Positions 17,995 through 19,521 of a DNA stretch of 19,521 nucleotides are shown here, one piece after another. Positions within the stretch are counted from its first letter, which is position 1; each line of letters begins with the position of its first letter. The DNA is from Promethearchaeota archaeon. GTDB lineage: Archaea > Asgardarchaeota > Lokiarchaeia > Sigyniarchaeales > SOKP01. The translations under genes and the position numbers were made by a program. The stretch spans positions 1 through 19,521 of the forward strand of contig JBHLME010000084.1 in assembly GCA_048938445.1 (NCBI GenBank), read 5' to 3'. The notes below the pieces were generated by a model that was not told the DNA's origin, made no database searches, and saw only the letters and a list, made by a program, of their open reading frames with translations.

Positions 17995-18192
17995 ATGGCC
18001 AAAAAAGCAGCCGTAGAAGCTCTTTTTGTTAAAAGCAAAGTTCGAGAATATATTAAAGGTAAAGGATGTAATACGAGCGGAGATGTAATTGATGGTGATG
18101 CTCTAAACAATGCAATGATTGCAATTCTTGACGCAGCTATAAAAAGAGCGAAGGCAAACGGTAGAAAAACCGTTCAAGAAAAAGACCTCTAA
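17995..18192 (+). CDS. Small histone-fold protein, alpha3-truncated type (face-to-face / Bd0055-HTkC-like)
   Basis: 65 aa with 'LFVKSKVREYIK' alpha1, 'NTS' loop and 'AIKRAKANGRKTVQEKDL' containing the histone RxTxxxxD clamp. Short alpha2 and an alpha3 ending right after D-L. Strong SD and a terminator-like element. Confidence 0.9.
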   Translation: MAKKAAVEALFVKSKVREYIKGKGCNTSGDVIDGDALNNAMIAILDAAIKRAKANGRKTVQEKDL

Positions 18193-18208
18193 GTATTCAT
18201 AATTAAGG

Positions 18209-18241
18209 GCGCCCATTGGCGTATTTTTTTTTATTCTTTTT
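18209..18241 (+). terminator. Hairpin plus oligo-U tract after histone gene
   Basis: G-CGCC-CATT-GGCG-T stem-loop (18209-18222) followed by T9 (18224-18232) and further T-rich sequence. Confidence 0.65.
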
Positions 18242-18447
18242 AAAATATTTTGTTTCACCTTTATTAAATTAAAAAATTATTACTCTATCTTAATTTATAT
18301 TTCTGAATATTTAATTGTACATTACCCTACATGTACACCCAATTATAATAAGTGATAGAATAAAAATTCCTTACCTAATCGCCTTATCATATAAATACTT
18401 TCTTTTTAAACTTAGGAAATTTTTATTCTCTCTTCCTCTCTTTCTTT

Positions 18448-18981
18448 TTACACCTTATCTACGGTAAAATAATCAATAGATATAACACTTTTTAACCGCT
18501 GCAATTCTTCTTTTAATTTATTCACTCGATCAATTGGTCCCGAAACAGCGATGATTTCCAAACATTTTTCAAATTGTAAATGAACATGCATTGTTGATAT
18601 AATGATATCAGTATAATGATGTTGGATATCATTAATTAGTATTAGATCAGTTTGTTGAACATTAGCATAAATAGGTTTAGATTGATAATCATGAGAATGA
18701 TAGAGTACTTGATTATCACCTTTACTATGTTCTTGGATATTATCATGGACATGATCATCATCTTCATGAGTCAATTCGAAATGTTCATGGGCAGTAACCA
18801 TTGTAATGCATCCAACCACATCAGTATTTGACTCTAAAAAAGATTTTTCATGGATTAAATATGCATTCATTGCTTTGCGAATTGCATCTGAACGGGAGAT
18901 ATTTAGTTTTTTTCTAAAATTCTCGAACTTTTCATATAATTCCTGAGGAAGTGAAATTGTAAAACGTTTATATTCTTCTAT
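18448..18981 (-). CDS. nikR: Nickel-responsive regulator NikR with His-rich insertion; probable non-canonical ATA start at 18981 (ORF track extends it to TTG 19050)
   Basis: Ribbon-helix-helix 'KRFTISLPQEL...SRSDAIRKAM'. ACT-type C-domain with Ni-ligand pattern 'QHHY...STMHVHL..EKCLEII'. Confidence 0.85.
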   Translation of the reverse strand: MEEYKRFTISLPQELYEKFENFRKKLNISRSDAIRKAMNAYLIHEKSFLESNTDVVGCITMVTAHEHFELTHEDDDHVHDNIQEHSKGDNQVLYHSHDYQSKPIYANVQQTDLILINDIQHHYTDIIISTMHVHLQFEKCLEIIAVSGPIDRVNKLKEELQRLKSVISIDYFTVDKV

Positions 18982-18997
18982 TTTAATTACCTTTTTT

Positions 18998-19521
18998 TTA
19001 TTTTCTAATAAAAATAGCAACTGGCACGCTAGCTTCACGCCACTGAGCAATCTTACCGGAATATTGTAAATCTAATTTTGAACGACCATGATCTCCTAAA
19101 ATAATCATTAATGAATTACTCCTTAATTGTTTATAATTACTTAATATCCATTTATCAGTACGTAGAATAAGTTTTTCAATTAATTCTTCTGGAGTGCGTT
19201 GTTTTAGACGTTGCTGTTGCTTATAAAGATTCTCAAAATCATGGTAATGCATCCAAGATAAATCGTAATTATTAATTACTTTTGCACTTTCAACCCATGT
19301 TGACATGTCCGTGTCTTTTGCCACTGAATGTGTTCCTCCATCATAACGATCTAGATCTTTTTTACGTGCTATAAAGCAAGATTTTTTTTCATTAGAATTT
19401 ATTGTTTTTAATAAATGGAAACCATTAGGTTCTACGTCAAAACCACCATAAATTAATTGATGAAAAACACCTAAAGTATAAGGATTTTTGGTTGATAATA
19501 ATGACATTATTTCAGAATTAG
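18998..19521 (-). CDS. Alkaline-phosphatase-superfamily protein, C-terminal part (5'-truncated by window edge)
   Basis: Frame is open to the window end. 'LSWMHY...LILRTDKWI...SLMIILGDHGR...SVPVAIF' matches the C-terminal xDHG and VP motifs of the superfamily. Confidence 0.6.
   Translation of the reverse strand, partial: NSEIMSLLSTKNPYTLGVFHQLIYGGFDVEPNGFHLLKTINSNEKKSCFIARKKDLDRYDGGTHSVAKDTDMSTWVESAKVINNYDLSWMHYHDFENLYKQQQRLKQRTPEELIEKLILRTDKWILSNYKQLRSNSLMIILGDHGRSKLDLQYSGKIAQWREASVPVAIFIRK

Noticed and set aside
17988-18032. Out-of-frame ATG at 17988 giving a 14-codon ORF over the histone start
   Set aside because: Only 1 nt from the SD, too close for efficient initiation; the ATG at 17995 has proper spacing.
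18242-18447. Possible ncRNA, SECIS or small ORF between histone and nikR (GTACATTACCC/GTACACCC near-repeat; 15-codon minus-strand ORF)
   Set aside because: No convincing stem, tRNA or box motif, no in-frame TGA selenoprotein candidate nearby, and the repeat is too short.
18982-19050. N-terminal extension MLSGVKLACQLLFLLENKKKVIK of NikR
   Set aside because: It overlaps the upstream gene by 53 nt and is unlike NikR N-termini; probably an ORF-caller artefact.
1-19521. CRISPR array, IS/transposase, integrase, rRNA/tRNA
   Set aside because: No regularly spaced repeats, terminal inverted repeats, recombinase motifs or GC-rich structured RNA segments were seen; the window is almost fully protein-coding.

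Overview
AT-rich archaeal chromosomal window, most likely from an Asgard archaeon of the Lokiarchaeia type. This is inferred from archaeal uS15, eS1 and GlmU together with two longin/roadblock-fold genes. The left 8.8 kb is a co-oriented cassette. Two paralogous, internally duplicated MacB/FtsX-type (type VII ABC) permeases flank a 1276-aa membrane-anchored surface protein with about 49 N-glycosylation sequons, whose last Ig-like domain resembles TRAP-beta/DUF11/BatD. Then follow rdgB, rps15, rps3ae, glmU, a probable tandem-longin protein, a sirtuin with a radical SAM gene, a longin-roadblock fusion, a Gfo/Idh/MocA oxidoreductase, a short alpha3-type (face-to-face/Bd0055-like) histone, a NikR with a His-rich insertion, and a truncated alkaline-phosphatase-superfamily gene. 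No rRNA, tRNA, CRISPR array or mobile element was seen. The best candidate for an undescribed system is the twin-permease plus surface-glycoprotein cassette. All family calls are by eye from remembered motifs; no searches were run.
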